Counted from the first letter of the stretch, positions 18,490 through 28,756 are shown. The stretch: 64,000 nt of DNA from Algoriphagus sp. (GCF_039969895.1 NZ_JBDVMZ010000008.1:66262-130261); one strand, 5' to 3'. Numbers and translations: made by a program. Notes: generated by a model from the sequence alone, not told the origin.

Positions 18490-20052
18490 TTATTTTATCA
18501 AATATTTCGAAGCAGTCTTGTTAAAATCCGCCAATTCAGACGCTATCCATTGTTCATCTTTCTGCATTTCTTCAGCCATCAGTTGAGCGACTATTGGAGC
18601 TGTGTCTATGGCCGCCTGGGCATCCAGAATCAGCATACGTATTCTTCTGGAAAGAACATCCTCCACTTTCATAGCCATTTCCTCACGTACGGCCCAGATG
18701 ACTTCCGCTGCTATGTTGGGAAAATCCGGGTGCAGCCTCCTCGCCCACTCTTTATTTTCTTTGGACAACTCCTGAATAGGCTGAGCATCAAATCCATAAA
18801 CCCCCCAGTGTCCTTCAGGAACATGATTGGTGGCACCGTGAATTTTCATATCCAGGGATCTACTTTCTTTAAGTTTTTCACCTGTGACTTTGGTGAAATA
18901 CTCCACCGTATCCTCACCCATCTTTCGGAAAGTCGTCCATTTGCCTCCAGTCAATGTCACTAGCCCTGAGTCGGATAAGATAATTTTATGTGATCTAGAA
19001 ATTTCCTTGGTCTTGGTACTGCCTTCCTTCGGTCTAGCGAGAGGTCTGAGACCAGCAAAAACCGACTTCACATCTGCTCGGGTTGGTGATTTGGCTAAAT
19101 ACCCAGCAGCCGTTTCCAGCACAAAATCTATTTCCCGCTGTAGGGCTTCTGGTTCCAACTTAGGCTTTTCACGAAGTGTATCTGTAGTGCCTACAACCAA
19201 TTTTCCATGCCATGGAACTGCAAATAACACTCTGCCATCTCGAGTTTCGGGGATCATCAACGCATCTTTACCTCCTAAAAAATCAATATCTAGAACTAAA
19301 TGAATTCCTTGACTGGGCTGGATCATTTTTGGCGCGGTTGGATTATCCATTTGCAAAATTTTATCCGCAAATACTCCTGTGGCGTTCACCACCATTTTGG
19401 CTTTTACTTCATATCGTTTTCTGGTGAGTTTGTCCGAAACATTCAATCCAATAATCTTTCCTTTTTCATTTTTGACCAAGCTGTTTACGCTCACATAATT
19501 AAGCACACAGGTGCCAGCTTCATCTGCAGACTGGGCGAGATTCAGCGCAAGTCTAGCATCGTCAAACTGCCCATCGTGATAGACCACGCCTCCATAAAGT
19601 CCTTTAGATTTCAGACCGGGAATTCGCCTGAGTGTTTCTTCTTTAGAGATAAATTCTGATTTGCCCAGGCTCAATCTACCCGCCATCCAATCGTACATCT
19701 TCAATCCTACACTGTACATGAGACGATCTTTCCAACTGAAAATTGGAATGATAAACGGCTGATCATGAGCTAGGTGAGGCGCGTTTTTCAGCAGTTTCCC
19801 GCGCTCCTTTAGCGCTTCAAACACCAACCCCACATCGCCTTGGGCAAGATATCTGACCCCTCCATGGACAAGTTTGGTACTTCGGCTGGACGTTCCTTTA
19901 GCGAAATCAGCTTTTTCGAAAAGCACCACTGAAAGGCCTCTGGATATCGCGTCTAATGCTACTCCGAGGCCTGAAGATCCACCGCCAATGACGGCGATAT
20001 CCCAAATTTTACTTTTATCCTGTAGTTGACTGAGGTTTTCTTGGCGATTCAT
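18490..20052 (-). CDS. glpD: FAD-dependent glycerol-3-phosphate dehydrogenase/oxidase
   Basis: IGGGSSGLG, GTSSRSTKLVHGGVRYL, FAGLRPL and GGKWTTFR motifs. Confidence 0.95.
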   Translation of the reverse strand: MNRQENLSQLQDKSKIWDIAVIGGGSSGLGVALDAISRGLSVVLFEKADFAKGTSSRSTKLVHGGVRYLAQGDVGLVFEALKERGKLLKNAPHLAHDQPFIIPIFSWKDRLMYSVGLKMYDWMAGRLSLGKSEFISKEETLRRIPGLKSKGLYGGVVYHDGQFDDARLALNLAQSADEAGTCVLNYVSVNSLVKNEKGKIIGLNVSDKLTRKRYEVKAKMVVNATGVFADKILQMDNPTAPKMIQPSQGIHLVLDIDFLGGKDALMIPETRDGRVLFAVPWHGKLVVGTTDTLREKPKLEPEALQREIDFVLETAAGYLAKSPTRADVKSVFAGLRPLARPKEGSTKTKEISRSHKIILSDSGLVTLTGGKWTTFRKMGEDTVEYFTKVTGEKLKESRSLDMKIHGATNHVPEGHWGVYGFDAQPIQELSKENKEWARRLHPDFPNIAAEVIWAVREEMAMKVEDVLSRRIRMLILDAQAAIDTAPIVAQLMAEEMQKDEQWIASELADFNKTASKYLIK

Positions 20053-20139
20053 AGCGATTAATATACCGTTTTAAGGTAGGAAAAAAATCAGGAAAGAATA
20101 ACCTAAAACGATAGAAGAATCCTCTTGACTGAAAGCGAC

Positions 20140-20634
20140 TTAAAAATCCTTATAAAGCTTTTCTGATATTTTGATCTCGTTTGAAATTAGCTCTACTACA
20201 TAGAGTTTGTTGTATTCATCGTCTGAAAAATCTTTATAAATATCTCCTTTATCCAAAAGAATATTGACCAATTGACTTACCGTGTTGCTATGTCCTACGA
20301 CAAGTACATTTCCCTCAATTGTTCTTAGCTTCTTTGCCAATTCTTCCTGATCTCTCGGGTCATAGCTTTCAATCTCAATCCCGGCTTGACTTGCAGTAGG
20401 GCCGGCCGTGAGCCGAGTTCTCTTATAGTCAGTGCTAAAAATATGAGTGATTTTCTTGTCAGCCAGGATCTGCGCCAGCTTCTTGGACCGTGCTGTGCCC
20501 GCTACCGAGAGCTCAGGATCATTGCCCGTTAGCTGCTTTTCGGCATGACGGACGATGTAGATGGTTTTTGGCTCTGGCTTGCTACCGCAGGCAGCAATAA
20601 ATAATACAAGTAAAAAGAGTAGGGTATATTTCAT
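20140..20634 (-). CDS. Histidine phosphatase family (SixA/PGM-like) lipoprotein
   Basis: IAAC lipobox; YIVRHAEK, STDYKRT and VGHSN motifs. Confidence 0.85.
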   Translation of the reverse strand: MKYTLLFLLVLFIAACGSKPEPKTIYIVRHAEKQLTGNDPELSVAGTARSKKLAQILADKKITHIFSTDYKRTRLTAGPTASQAGIEIESYDPRDQEELAKKLRTIEGNVLVVGHSNTVSQLVNILLDKGDIYKDFSDDEYNKLYVVELISNEIKISEKLYKDF

Positions 20635-20742
20635 CCTGAAAAGTTAAACAATTCTATAAATGAAATTTAGTCATGTATAAAAAATGAAAATCCGGAGAAA
20701 AAAAAGCTTGCCTTTGAAAGAGAGAAGCTAAAGTCCAATAAT

Positions 20743-20828
20743 CTCTGCGCCTTCTCTGCGAAAATCTTTGTGGCCTTTGCGGTTAAAAACATAAAAAAAC
20801 CTTCGAGATTTTTTAAATCTCAAAGGTT
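20743..20828. repeat. REP-like repeat, same hairpin family as 729-761
   Basis: CTCTGCG twice, CTTTG twice (the second as CTTTGCGGTTAAA), then AACCTTCGAGAT-N7-ATCTCAAAGGTT (20798-20828). Confidence 0.55.
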
Positions 20829-20834
20829 ATGAAC

Positions 20835-21569
20835 TTATCCGCTAAAGGAATTATCCAAGTGTTGGTCTTTCGTTTTTATGGTTTCGAACTCCAAGAATTG
20901 CTCCCAGAATTCCTCCTCTGGCACTGCCGCGCGTAGGTACAGTTTTTCCTTTTTGATCGGGTGAACGAAGACCAGATTAAATGCGTGAAGGTTAATACTC
21001 GCGTCAGGATTTGGCTTTGCGAAGCCATACTTAATATCTCCTCGGATCGGGCAACCCATAGATGCAAGCTGCACTCGGATCTGATGTGGACGACCGGAAA
21101 CAGGGCGTACTTCGATCAGCCAGTGATCATTCATGAAGCCCAAGGTCTTGTAATTCAACTCTGCTTTTTGTGAACCTGGCACCTCTCGGTCATGAGCTGT
21201 CACTACGTTTTTCTGCTCGTCCTTCACGAGGTAATGAGTCAATTTTCCGCTTTCTTCCCTCGGCTTTCTTTTCACCAAAGCCCAGTAAACCTTGTGAATT
21301 TCTCGCTTCCGGAAAATCTCCATCATCCGCTCCAGTCCTTTGGACGTACGGGCAAAAGCCACCAAACCACTAACCGGACGATCCAGCCTGTGAATCGGGT
21401 GTAGGAAAACTGCTCCCGGCTTATCGTATTTCTTCGCAATGTAATCTTTGAGGTAATCCGTCAACGTCTTATCCCCAGTCTTATCTCCCTGCACGAGTAT
21501 TCCGGCAGCCTTATTTACTATCAACAGGTGATTGTCTTCATAGACAACTGTGAATGGTTTCTTTTTCAT
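20835..21569 (-). CDS. RluA-family pseudouridine synthase
   Basis: VNKAAG, HRLDRPVSG (catalytic Asp), GRPHQIRVQ and IRGDIKYG motifs. Start moved to ATG 21569. Confidence 0.92.
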   Translation of the reverse strand: MKKKPFTVVYEDNHLLIVNKAAGILVQGDKTGDKTLTDYLKDYIAKKYDKPGAVFLHPIHRLDRPVSGLVAFARTSKGLERMMEIFRKREIHKVYWALVKRKPREESGKLTHYLVKDEQKNVVTAHDREVPGSQKAELNYKTLGFMNDHWLIEVRPVSGRPHQIRVQLASMGCPIRGDIKYGFAKPNPDASINLHAFNLVFVHPIKKEKLYLRAAVPEEEFWEQFLEFETIKTKDQHLDNSFSG

Positions 21570-21693
21570 CTGTTTATACTTGTTTTTCAATTGACTGATA
21601 GCTAGTCCCAATAATTCTTCGGGAAAATTTCGAAGTGAATTTATCCTTTCACTTGGTGGCTTTCAGAATAGTGTTCAATTTGACAATGAGTCA

Positions 21694-21701
21694 CAAAGGT
21701 A
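21694..21701 (-). promoter_or_regulatory. Bacteroidota sigma-70 -7 element for the rluA-like gene
   Basis: TACCTTTG on the minus strand matches TAnnTTTG. Confidence 0.5.
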
Positions 21702-22012
21702 GGTATTTAGTAGGAGTTGAGTTACTGATTTTTAAGACGCTTCGCAAAAGTGGCAGAGTTCCTATAGGCCGTGGTGGATTTGACTGGATTTATCTAATAC
21801 GCTTCTGCACAAATAAGCAATAGACAAGGAATGGTATGCGCTCATCGACTAGGATCGGTCTGTAAGAGAAATTGGTCTTAAGAAGTGATCAGCCATAGAA
21901 TTACGCGGTTTACGTATGATTTTCATACTTTTTACGAAAGGTTAAAAAAACCAATAATTGCCTTAATCGGTCTGATTCTTGATATTCAAAGGAAAATTAG
22001 ATTTCGACAACT

Positions 22013-22486
22013 ATGAAAAGCCTCTTGACCTTACTAGCCATTTGTGCTAGCCTATCATTGATTACTTCCTGTTCCAATAGCCCAGAAAACACGGATACAC
22101 AAGCGGAAGTGACTAGTGAAGAAAAAATCACAGAGAAAACACCACTTTACAAAGGGGATAATTCGGCCACTTCTTTAGACTGGAATGGTTCTTACAAGGG
22201 AACCGTACCCTGTGCAAGCTGCGAAGGTATAGAAACAGTTCTTACATTGAATCAGGATATGACATTCAAATTATCCACGCATTACCTCGGAAGAAATGAT
22301 GCTTTGGAAGAGGATGTAATGGGAAATTTCAAATGGGATGATACAGGCTCTATCGCCATTTTGGAAAATGTAAAAAACAGACCTAATCAATTTAAGGTAG
22401 GCGAAAATAAAATCTGGCAACTTGATATGAATGGGGAAAGAGTCACAGGAGATTTGGCAGATCACTACATCCTTACCAAACAGTAA
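22013..22486 (+). CDS. NlpE/CutF N-terminal domain lipoprotein
   Basis: LITSC lipobox; SLDWNGSYKGTVPCASCEGIET motif. Confidence 0.87.
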   Translation: MKSLLTLLAICASLSLITSCSNSPENTDTQAEVTSEEKITEKTPLYKGDNSATSLDWNGSYKGTVPCASCEGIETVLTLNQDMTFKLSTHYLGRNDALEEDVMGNFKWDDTGSIAILENVKNRPNQFKVGENKIWQLDMNGERVTGDLADHYILTKQ

Positions 22487-22489
22487 TTC

Positions 22490-23422
22490 CTATTTGAATC
22501 GCACTACTTTGCCATGGGCTTTGGAAGTCATCCCCTGAGGAATGGAATTGGTAATTTCCTTAAATAATAGCTCCACGAGTTTTTGCTTGAGGAAACTTCG
22601 GTTTAAAATAATACTGACTTCCCGAGTAGGCGGAGTGCCTTCAAAGGGTCTCAGCCTGGATTTCTCCTCCTCAGAAAGTTCCAATGTCGCCAGCTCGGGC
22701 AACAGCGTCACGCCTTTGTAGCGGTTGACCATATTCTTCAAACCTTCGAGGGAACCACTTTCGTAGTGGAAATTTTCCGGACCACTTTGACTTTGATCGC
22801 ACAGATTGAGCACTTGGTCGCGGAAGCAATGGCCCTGCTGAAGCACCCAAAAGTCCTCCTTCATTACCTTCGCCGGATCAAAAACTGACTCTTTGAGCAA
22901 GGGGTGATCTTTCGACAAATAGGCATAAAACTTCTCATAAAACATCGGCTTTTCTACCAGGCCAGCTTCTAGAAGTGGCGTCACAACGATACCCAAGTCC
23001 AGCTCATCATTTTTCAGCTTTTTCACCACCTCCTCAGTCACCATTTCCTGCACCTGAAGCTTTACGTTTGGATACTTCTCCAGGAATTTTCGGATGAAAA
23101 GATGAAGCAAATAAGGAGCAAGCGTGGGAATGATACCCAACTTGATCACCCCGGAAATGTCGCCCTTCATCTGAGCAATCAATTCTAAAATCCCTTTACT
23201 TTCTGACACTACCTTTTTGGCCTGCTCGATCACTAGGGTACCCATCTCTGTAGGAATCACGGGCATTTTACTCCGATCAAAAAGAATCACACCCAGATCC
23301 CGCTCCAGCTTGCTGAGCTGAGCACTCAGAGTAGGTTGGGTGACAAAGCAGCTCTCAGCCGCCTGGCCAAAATGCCTATGTTTATCGACTGCAATAAGGT
23401 ATTCAAGTTGTTGGATGGTCAT
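22490..23422 (-). CDS. oxyR: LysR-family hydrogen peroxide sensor
   Basis: HFGQAAESCFVTQPTLS HTH; GHCFRDQVLNLC redox Cys pair. Confidence 0.9.
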   Translation of the reverse strand: MTIQQLEYLIAVDKHRHFGQAAESCFVTQPTLSAQLSKLERDLGVILFDRSKMPVIPTEMGTLVIEQAKKVVSESKGILELIAQMKGDISGVIKLGIIPTLAPYLLHLFIRKFLEKYPNVKLQVQEMVTEEVVKKLKNDELDLGIVVTPLLEAGLVEKPMFYEKFYAYLSKDHPLLKESVFDPAKVMKEDFWVLQQGHCFRDQVLNLCDQSQSGPENFHYESGSLEGLKNMVNRYKGVTLLPELATLELSEEEKSRLRPFEGTPPTREVSIILNRSFLKQKLVELLFKEITNSIPQGMTSKAHGKVVRFK

Positions 23423-23600
23423 AGCTTCTGGATTATAAGGCTCAAAAATATAAATTTTAAGAAAGAGTTAGCCGGGACAATTTTTCTCCAACACCCCCTC
23501 CTGCCAGATGGCCTTTCAAATATTTTTCTATAGTTTACAAAATCAGAATGAAATTTTAACCAGACCTAGCAATACAACATAAATCTCTACTCCATACCTA

Positions 23601-24902
23601 ATGAACAAATCCCATTTTACCCGCAGGAAGTTTCTAAGCGCTTCCATTTTGAGTACCGTAGGCCTGACGGCAATTCCCAATTTGAGTTTTGGTAAAAATG
23701 CTATGGCAGCTGATTCATCCAAAATCCGCCTAGGCTTCATTGGAGTTGGAAGGCAAGCGATGGGTTTGCTTGGCAATTTCATGAAAAACCCCAGCGTAGA
23801 TGTTGTCGCCGGTGCCGATGTCTATGAGATCAAATTGGATAGATTCAAAGAACGTGTGGCCAAGCTTTATGTGGATGAAAAAAGAGAGGCTCCAGCGATG
23901 AAAGTTTATGCTGATTACAAGCAATTGCTGTCAAGTCCAGACGTAGATGCAGTGGTGATCGCCACTCCAGACCACTGGCATGCGATGATGGCAATAGACG
24001 CCTGCCAGGCCGGAAAGGATATTTACCTGGAAAAGCCGCTCACATTCACCATTCATGAAGGCAAAGAATTGATCAAGGCAGTACGTGCCAATGGTACTGT
24101 GCTCGCAGTGGGAAGCATGCAGCGCTCGGGGGCAAACTTCCAACATGCCGCCCGCATGGTGCAAAAAGGAATGCTGGGGGAAATCAAACAAGTCCTAGTA
24201 AATGTGGGAACTCCTCCTCATCCTAAACCTTATGATCTGCCAAAGCAACCTGTCCCTGCCGGCTTAAATTGGAAAACCTGGACAGGCCCACTACCGGCAA
24301 TTCATTACAATGAGGAGCTCAATCCACCCATCAGCATGAATCCTGAGCAAAATGAAAAGGTCTGGGGAGCTTGGAGATGGTACAAAGAAACAGGCGGCGG
24401 ATTGATGACCGATTGGGGAGCACACATGATTGATATAGCTCAGTGGGGATTGGGAATGGATAGAAGTGGACCAGTGGAGGTGATCCCTGCTACCGATTCT
24501 ACTCCTTTGACATACAGGTATGCCAATGGCATAGAAATGCTGATTACGCCATTCGACGAAGGAAGACAAGGAGTGAAATTCATAGGAGAAAAAGGATGGA
24601 TCAAAGTATCCCGCGGTCAATACGATACGGATGTGGTAGCTTGTGAACGAACCTTCGACAACGAGGAACTTGGATTTGGGGCACACCATTTGGATTTTAT
24701 CGATTCAGTAGTGAGACGTAAAGACCCTATCGTACCAGTAGAGGTCGGTCACAATACTTGCTCTATTTGCACCATTGGTAATATTGCGCATGAATTAGGC
24801 AGACCATTGAAATGGGATCCTATCGCCCAAGTTTTCTCTGATGATTGGGAAGCGAACACCAAACTTCACTACACTTACCAAAATGGTTTTTCACTGGGAT
24901 AA
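23601..24902 (+). CDS. Tat-exported Gfo/Idh/MocA oxidoreductase
   Basis: TRRKFL twin-Arg signal; GFIGVG, ATPDHWH, YLEKP and DWGAHMID motifs. Confidence 0.93.
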   Translation: MNKSHFTRRKFLSASILSTVGLTAIPNLSFGKNAMAADSSKIRLGFIGVGRQAMGLLGNFMKNPSVDVVAGADVYEIKLDRFKERVAKLYVDEKREAPAMKVYADYKQLLSSPDVDAVVIATPDHWHAMMAIDACQAGKDIYLEKPLTFTIHEGKELIKAVRANGTVLAVGSMQRSGANFQHAARMVQKGMLGEIKQVLVNVGTPPHPKPYDLPKQPVPAGLNWKTWTGPLPAIHYNEELNPPISMNPEQNEKVWGAWRWYKETGGGLMTDWGAHMIDIAQWGLGMDRSGPVEVIPATDSTPLTYRYANGIEMLITPFDEGRQGVKFIGEKGWIKVSRGQYDTDVVACERTFDNEELGFGAHHLDFIDSVVRRKDPIVPVEVGHNTCSICTIGNIAHELGRPLKWDPIAQVFSDDWEANTKLHYTYQNGFSLG

Positions 24903-24953
24903 AATCTCACCTCTCAAGGAATAAAAGCTATCCAGCTAACTGGATTTTAAAAG

Positions 24954-24974
24954 TTATACAGTTAAATTGTATAA
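24954..24974. promoter_or_regulatory. OhrR operator
   Basis: TTATACAGTT-A-AATTGTATAA, one mismatch to the B. subtilis OhrR box TACAATT-N-AATTGTA; 18 nt upstream of ohrR. Confidence 0.7.
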
Positions 24975-24992
24975 AAGATAAATCTAGTTGCT

Positions 24993-25427
24993 ATGCTTCC
25001 TATTCATCAGCTTTCTCTCTCGCTTTATTCCAGCTCGAGATTACTCATTCAGCTCATACAAGGTTCTTTGAATGAGTTGAATCTTACTTATCCGCAATTT
25101 CTTGTCCTCTCAGTCCTGTGGGAACAGGATGGTCTAAAAGTAAATGAAATAGGAAAGCGGCTTTATCTGGATTCTGGCACGCTGACTCCCTTGTTGAAAA
25201 AACTAGAAGCCATGAACTATGTGAAAAGACAGCGGGGCGAATCAGATGAAAGAACTGTGCATGTGGAGCTCACCTACCCCGGAAAATCCCTTCAAACCAA
25301 AGTGCTAGAAATCCTATCTTCTATCAACGAAGAGTTCGCGGAGAGGGGGGAATCAAAATTGGCCGACTTAAACCATTCACTGGTAAACTTGTTAAAAGAA
25401 ATTGAAACGATAAAAAAATCATCTTAA
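24993..25427 (+). CDS. ohrR: MarR-family regulator, OhrR-like
   Basis: LTYPQFLVLSVLWEQDG, LDSGTLTPLLKKLE and DER motifs; directly upstream of ohr. Confidence 0.85.
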   Translation: MLPIHQLSLSLYSSSRLLIQLIQGSLNELNLTYPQFLVLSVLWEQDGLKVNEIGKRLYLDSGTLTPLLKKLEAMNYVKRQRGESDERTVHVELTYPGKSLQTKVLEILSSINEEFAERGESKLADLNHSLVNLLKEIETIKKSS

Positions 25428-25429
25428 AA

Positions 25430-25852
25430 ATGGAAAAATTAACTATTGACTATACCGCAGTGGCTGTCAACTCTGGTGGAAGAAAAGGACATGTAAAAAC
25501 TGATGATGGTCTGCTGGATTTTGACGTGGCTATGCCAAAAGAAATTGGCGGAGAAGGCGGAAAGACCAATCCTGAGCAACTCTTTGCTGCGGGTTACGCA
25601 GCCTGTTTCGGGGGTGCCTTGGGAGCTGTTGCTGGCAAGACTAGCTTAAGAGATTCTGAAATTACTGCAAAAGTTCACTTGGGAAATTACGGCCCAGGAA
25701 GCTTTGGATTGGCAGTGGATATCTTTGTAAAGATCCCTCATGCTTCCACACTTGAAGAGGCACAAAAGCTAGCGGATGCAGCTCATGAAGTATGTCCTTA
25801 CTCTAAAGCTACCCGTGGAAATATTGAAGTAAACGTGAAAGCAGTTTCCTGA
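25430..25852 (+). CDS. ohr: Organic hydroperoxide resistance protein
   Basis: GGRKG, TNPEQLFAAGYAACF and HEVCPYSKATRGN motifs. Confidence 0.93.
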   Translation: MEKLTIDYTAVAVNSGGRKGHVKTDDGLLDFDVAMPKEIGGEGGKTNPEQLFAAGYAACFGGALGAVAGKTSLRDSEITAKVHLGNYGPGSFGLAVDIFVKIPHASTLEEAQKLADAAHEVCPYSKATRGNIEVNVKAVS

Positions 25853-25897
25853 CATTAATTCAATCTTCAGACTGAGATGAGCGCTCAGTCTGAGGAT

Positions 25898-26536
25898 TTA
25901 TCGAACACTCTGTGTATGTGCTATTTGCACCACAGCTAAGACTTCCATATTGATTTTTTGCGCCATAAGAGCATCCGCTCTAGCCCCATCAGCATCCCCC
26001 AATTCGCTTTTGTATTTGGCTCTCATCGTGTAGTACACCGGGTCGTAAGGATACTCCTTGATCGCATCATCATAGGTTTTGACTGCCTTTTCGAGCTTGC
26101 CTTTCTCCTCATACTTTTTGGCCATCGCATGATAGTCCAGAGGAAGAGCATTGTAGAAAATCTTATAGCTGAACACGAGCAAATACTCTCGTTCCACAGG
26201 CCGACCTCCCACTTTGCTCGGCTTCCAGTTTGCTGTCAATTTATCTATTGCGGCCTTTGCCGGATTGGCCAGCAAATCAGAAACCCGGTCCTTGGGAGTA
26301 ACTGATACCAGCTTTCCATTCTCATCAATCACTAACAAAAACGTAACATATCCCTCCGTGCCGTTCAAAGCAGCTTCTTTGGAATAGCTCAAGTCTTGAC
26401 TAAGAATACTAATCAAGTTGCCTCCAGCGTAGGTCGCCTTGACAAAATCAGGTTCTGTATCAGGGTTGAAAGGAGTTTGTGCAAATGAAAAAAAGGAGAC
26501 TAGAAATAAAGAAGATAAAAGGAGACTTTTAAGCAT
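25898..26536 (-). CDS. TonB C-terminal domain + TPR protein
   Basis: Signal peptide; YSKEA...EGYVTFLLVIDENG...WKP...GRPV TonB_C-like region, then TPR helices. Confidence 0.78.
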   Translation of the reverse strand: MLKSLLLSSLFLVSFFSFAQTPFNPDTEPDFVKATYAGGNLISILSQDLSYSKEAALNGTEGYVTFLLVIDENGKLVSVTPKDRVSDLLANPAKAAIDKLTANWKPSKVGGRPVEREYLLVFSYKIFYNALPLDYHAMAKKYEEKGKLEKAVKTYDDAIKEYPYDPVYYTMRAKYKSELGDADGARADALMAQKINMEVLAVVQIAHTQSVR

Positions 26537-26608
26537 GGGTGAGAGTTGGTTTGAAATGGTAGGCAACTTTAGTTCTTACGAGGAGATTACGAACTTGTTT
26601 AGTTAAAA

Positions 26609-27583
26609 TCATATCCACACGATTCCCTTCGAAAAATTGTTTCGATCCAGTAGTGTCATTAGTGCCTGTTTTGCGTTTTCAAATTGGTAGGAAACAGCTG
26701 TCTTTCCGGATAATTTCCCTTCAGCAAACCAGTGGTAAAGCTGCTCTAAGTTACGCTTGTTTTGATCCGCCTCTAGTGTAGAAAACCTACCCCAAAACAC
26801 GCCGATGATAGAGCAGCCCTTGAGCAAAGGCAGATTCATGGGGATTTGTGGGATACCACCATTGGCAAAACCGACGATCAAGTATCGACCCTTCCAGGCT
26901 ATTGCCCTCAATGCTGGCTCGGTGTATTTTCCCCCCACAGGATCCAGTACCACGTCAACTCCCCTACCATCGGTCAAGTCCTTTATTCTAGCTTTTAAAT
27001 CTTCCGATTCATAATTGATTATTGCGTCTGCGCCTTTTTGTCTAGTAAGTTCAAGTTTTTCATCAGAGGAAGCCGCAGCGATCACTTTTGCTCCCATAGC
27101 CTTAGCAAGTTCTACCGCCGCCAATCCCACTCCTCCAGCCGCACCTAGTACTAGGATAGTTTCTCCTGCCTGTAGCTGAGCCCTATCTTGCAACGCATGC
27201 AAGGAAGTACTGTAAGTGTATAGTGAACCAGCGGCCGTTTCGGTAGCTATACCGCTAGGGATCATAAAAATTCGATCGGTATCCACAGCGACTTTTTCGG
27301 CAAATCCACCCCATCGACAAAGTGCTAATACACGATCTCCTACAGTTAGATGAGATACATTTTGTCCTAATTCTATTATCCTCCCCACTACTTCGCCACC
27401 TGGCGAGTAGGGAAGTTCCGGCTGGAATTGGTACTTATTTTCAAGAATGAGTAAGTCAGGATAGCTAACTCCGCAGGCCTCTACGGCCACTATTACCTTA
27501 TCTTTGGTGGGTTTGGGATCAGGTAGTTCTCCCAGTTCTAACTTTTCAAGCGAGCCAAATTCTTTACAGATAATTGCTTTCAT
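26609..27583 (-). CDS. NADPH:quinone oxidoreductase (MDR/zeta-crystallin family)
   Basis: PYSPGGE, LVLGAAGGVG and GVDVVLDPVGG motifs. Confidence 0.92.
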   Translation of the reverse strand: MKAIICKEFGSLEKLELGELPDPKPTKDKVIVAVEACGVSYPDLLILENKYQFQPELPYSPGGEVVGRIIELGQNVSHLTVGDRVLALCRWGGFAEKVAVDTDRIFMIPSGIATETAAGSLYTYSTSLHALQDRAQLQAGETILVLGAAGGVGLAAVELAKAMGAKVIAAASSDEKLELTRQKGADAIINYESEDLKARIKDLTDGRGVDVVLDPVGGKYTEPALRAIAWKGRYLIVGFANGGIPQIPMNLPLLKGCSIIGVFWGRFSTLEADQNKRNLEQLYHWFAEGKLSGKTAVSYQFENAKQALMTLLDRNNFSKGIVWI

Positions 27584-27840
27584 AGTAGTTTCAATTGCTC
27601 GATTTCAGGGATTGACTCGGAATAATAGGTGTATTTGAAAGTATAAGGAATGCCCAAAATTCTATATTCATACAACCCGACCGGCGCCCAAAGCGAATAT
27701 TCAATTAATCACAAGAATATTTCTGGGAGACAATGAACCGATTTACTATTGAGCTCAGGATAGAATTGAATTACCTACCCTGATCAACATTTCTGAATTC
27801 CAAAACAGAGAAGTATCGCAATACATTGGGCCTATTGGCT

Positions 27841-28662
27841 TCAATCCATTTGTCTGACAACTTCTTTGATGATCGATGCCATCACTGGCTCAGCCTTGGC
27901 AGCAGCAGCCAGTACATCGGCAATGGAAACAGGCTGTATTTTACCCTCCACACCCAAATCCGTAATTGCCGAAAGGCCAAAAACTTCTAGTCCCATCTGC
28001 CTGGCTACAATCACCTCCGGCACAGTGCTCATCCCCACGGCATCAGCACCGATGCTTCTGATGTATTTGTATTCCGCAGGTGTTTCCAGATTGGGACCTT
28101 GCACACCTGCGTACACGCCAGTGTGAACACGAAAAGCATTTGCCTTGGCAAAACCCAATGCAATAGCTGTCAAATTCTGAGAGTAAGCATCGCTCATGTC
28201 TGGAAATCTAGGTCCGAACTCTTCAAAGTGCTTCCCCCGAAGAGGACTTTCAGGAAAGAGATCAATCTGATCACGGATGATCATCACGTCACCGACTTCC
28301 TGCGCAGGATTCAATCCTCCACAAGCATTGGAGACCAAGAGCGTTTTTACTCCTAGCTTTTTCATTACTCTGACAGGAAAAGTTACCTCCTGCATAGAAT
28401 AGCCTTCGTAGTAATGAAAACGGCCCTTCATTGCCATCACTTTTTTGCCAGAAAGCTCCCCAAAGATCAATTTCCCTGAGTGACTTTCCACTGTAGAAAT
28501 GGGAAAATGCGGGATATCTGAGTAATCAATTTCCTTTTCAACACTGATCTGATCTCCCAATCGACCTAGTCCTGTGCCGAGAATGATGGCGATTGAGACT
28601 TCACTTGTATATTGCGATTGGATAAAAGAAGCTGCTTCTGAAATATTAGTTAGGTAGTTCAT
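27841..28662 (-). CDS. punA: Purine-nucleoside phosphorylase
   Basis: ILGTGLG, GRFHYYEG, SNACGGLN, GPNLETPAE and GMSTVPE motifs. Confidence 0.95.
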   Translation of the reverse strand: MNYLTNISEAASFIQSQYTSEVSIAIILGTGLGRLGDQISVEKEIDYSDIPHFPISTVESHSGKLIFGELSGKKVMAMKGRFHYYEGYSMQEVTFPVRVMKKLGVKTLLVSNACGGLNPAQEVGDVMIIRDQIDLFPESPLRGKHFEEFGPRFPDMSDAYSQNLTAIALGFAKANAFRVHTGVYAGVQGPNLETPAEYKYIRSIGADAVGMSTVPEVIVARQMGLEVFGLSAITDLGVEGKIQPVSIADVLAAAAKAEPVMASIIKEVVRQMD

Positions 28663-28756
28663 AGGATGTAATTTGCCTGTCCTAAAGATATAAAATACAG
28701 CAAAGCATCAAACAATTAGAATAGCAAGAATGTCTTCTGTTCAGAAAAAACACAAC

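Noticed and set aside
18115-18963. 282-aa antisense ORF over glpK/glpD
   Set aside because: Shadow frame of well-supported genes; same for 1578-2090, 3187-3891, 14492-14989 and similar track entries.
23423-23470. OxyR ATAG-N7-CTAT site
   Set aside because: Only one ATAG half-site is visible; spacing does not fit.
27584-27840. Riboswitch or ncRNA between punA and the quinone reductase
   Set aside because: No recognisable aptamer motif or stable multi-stem structure.
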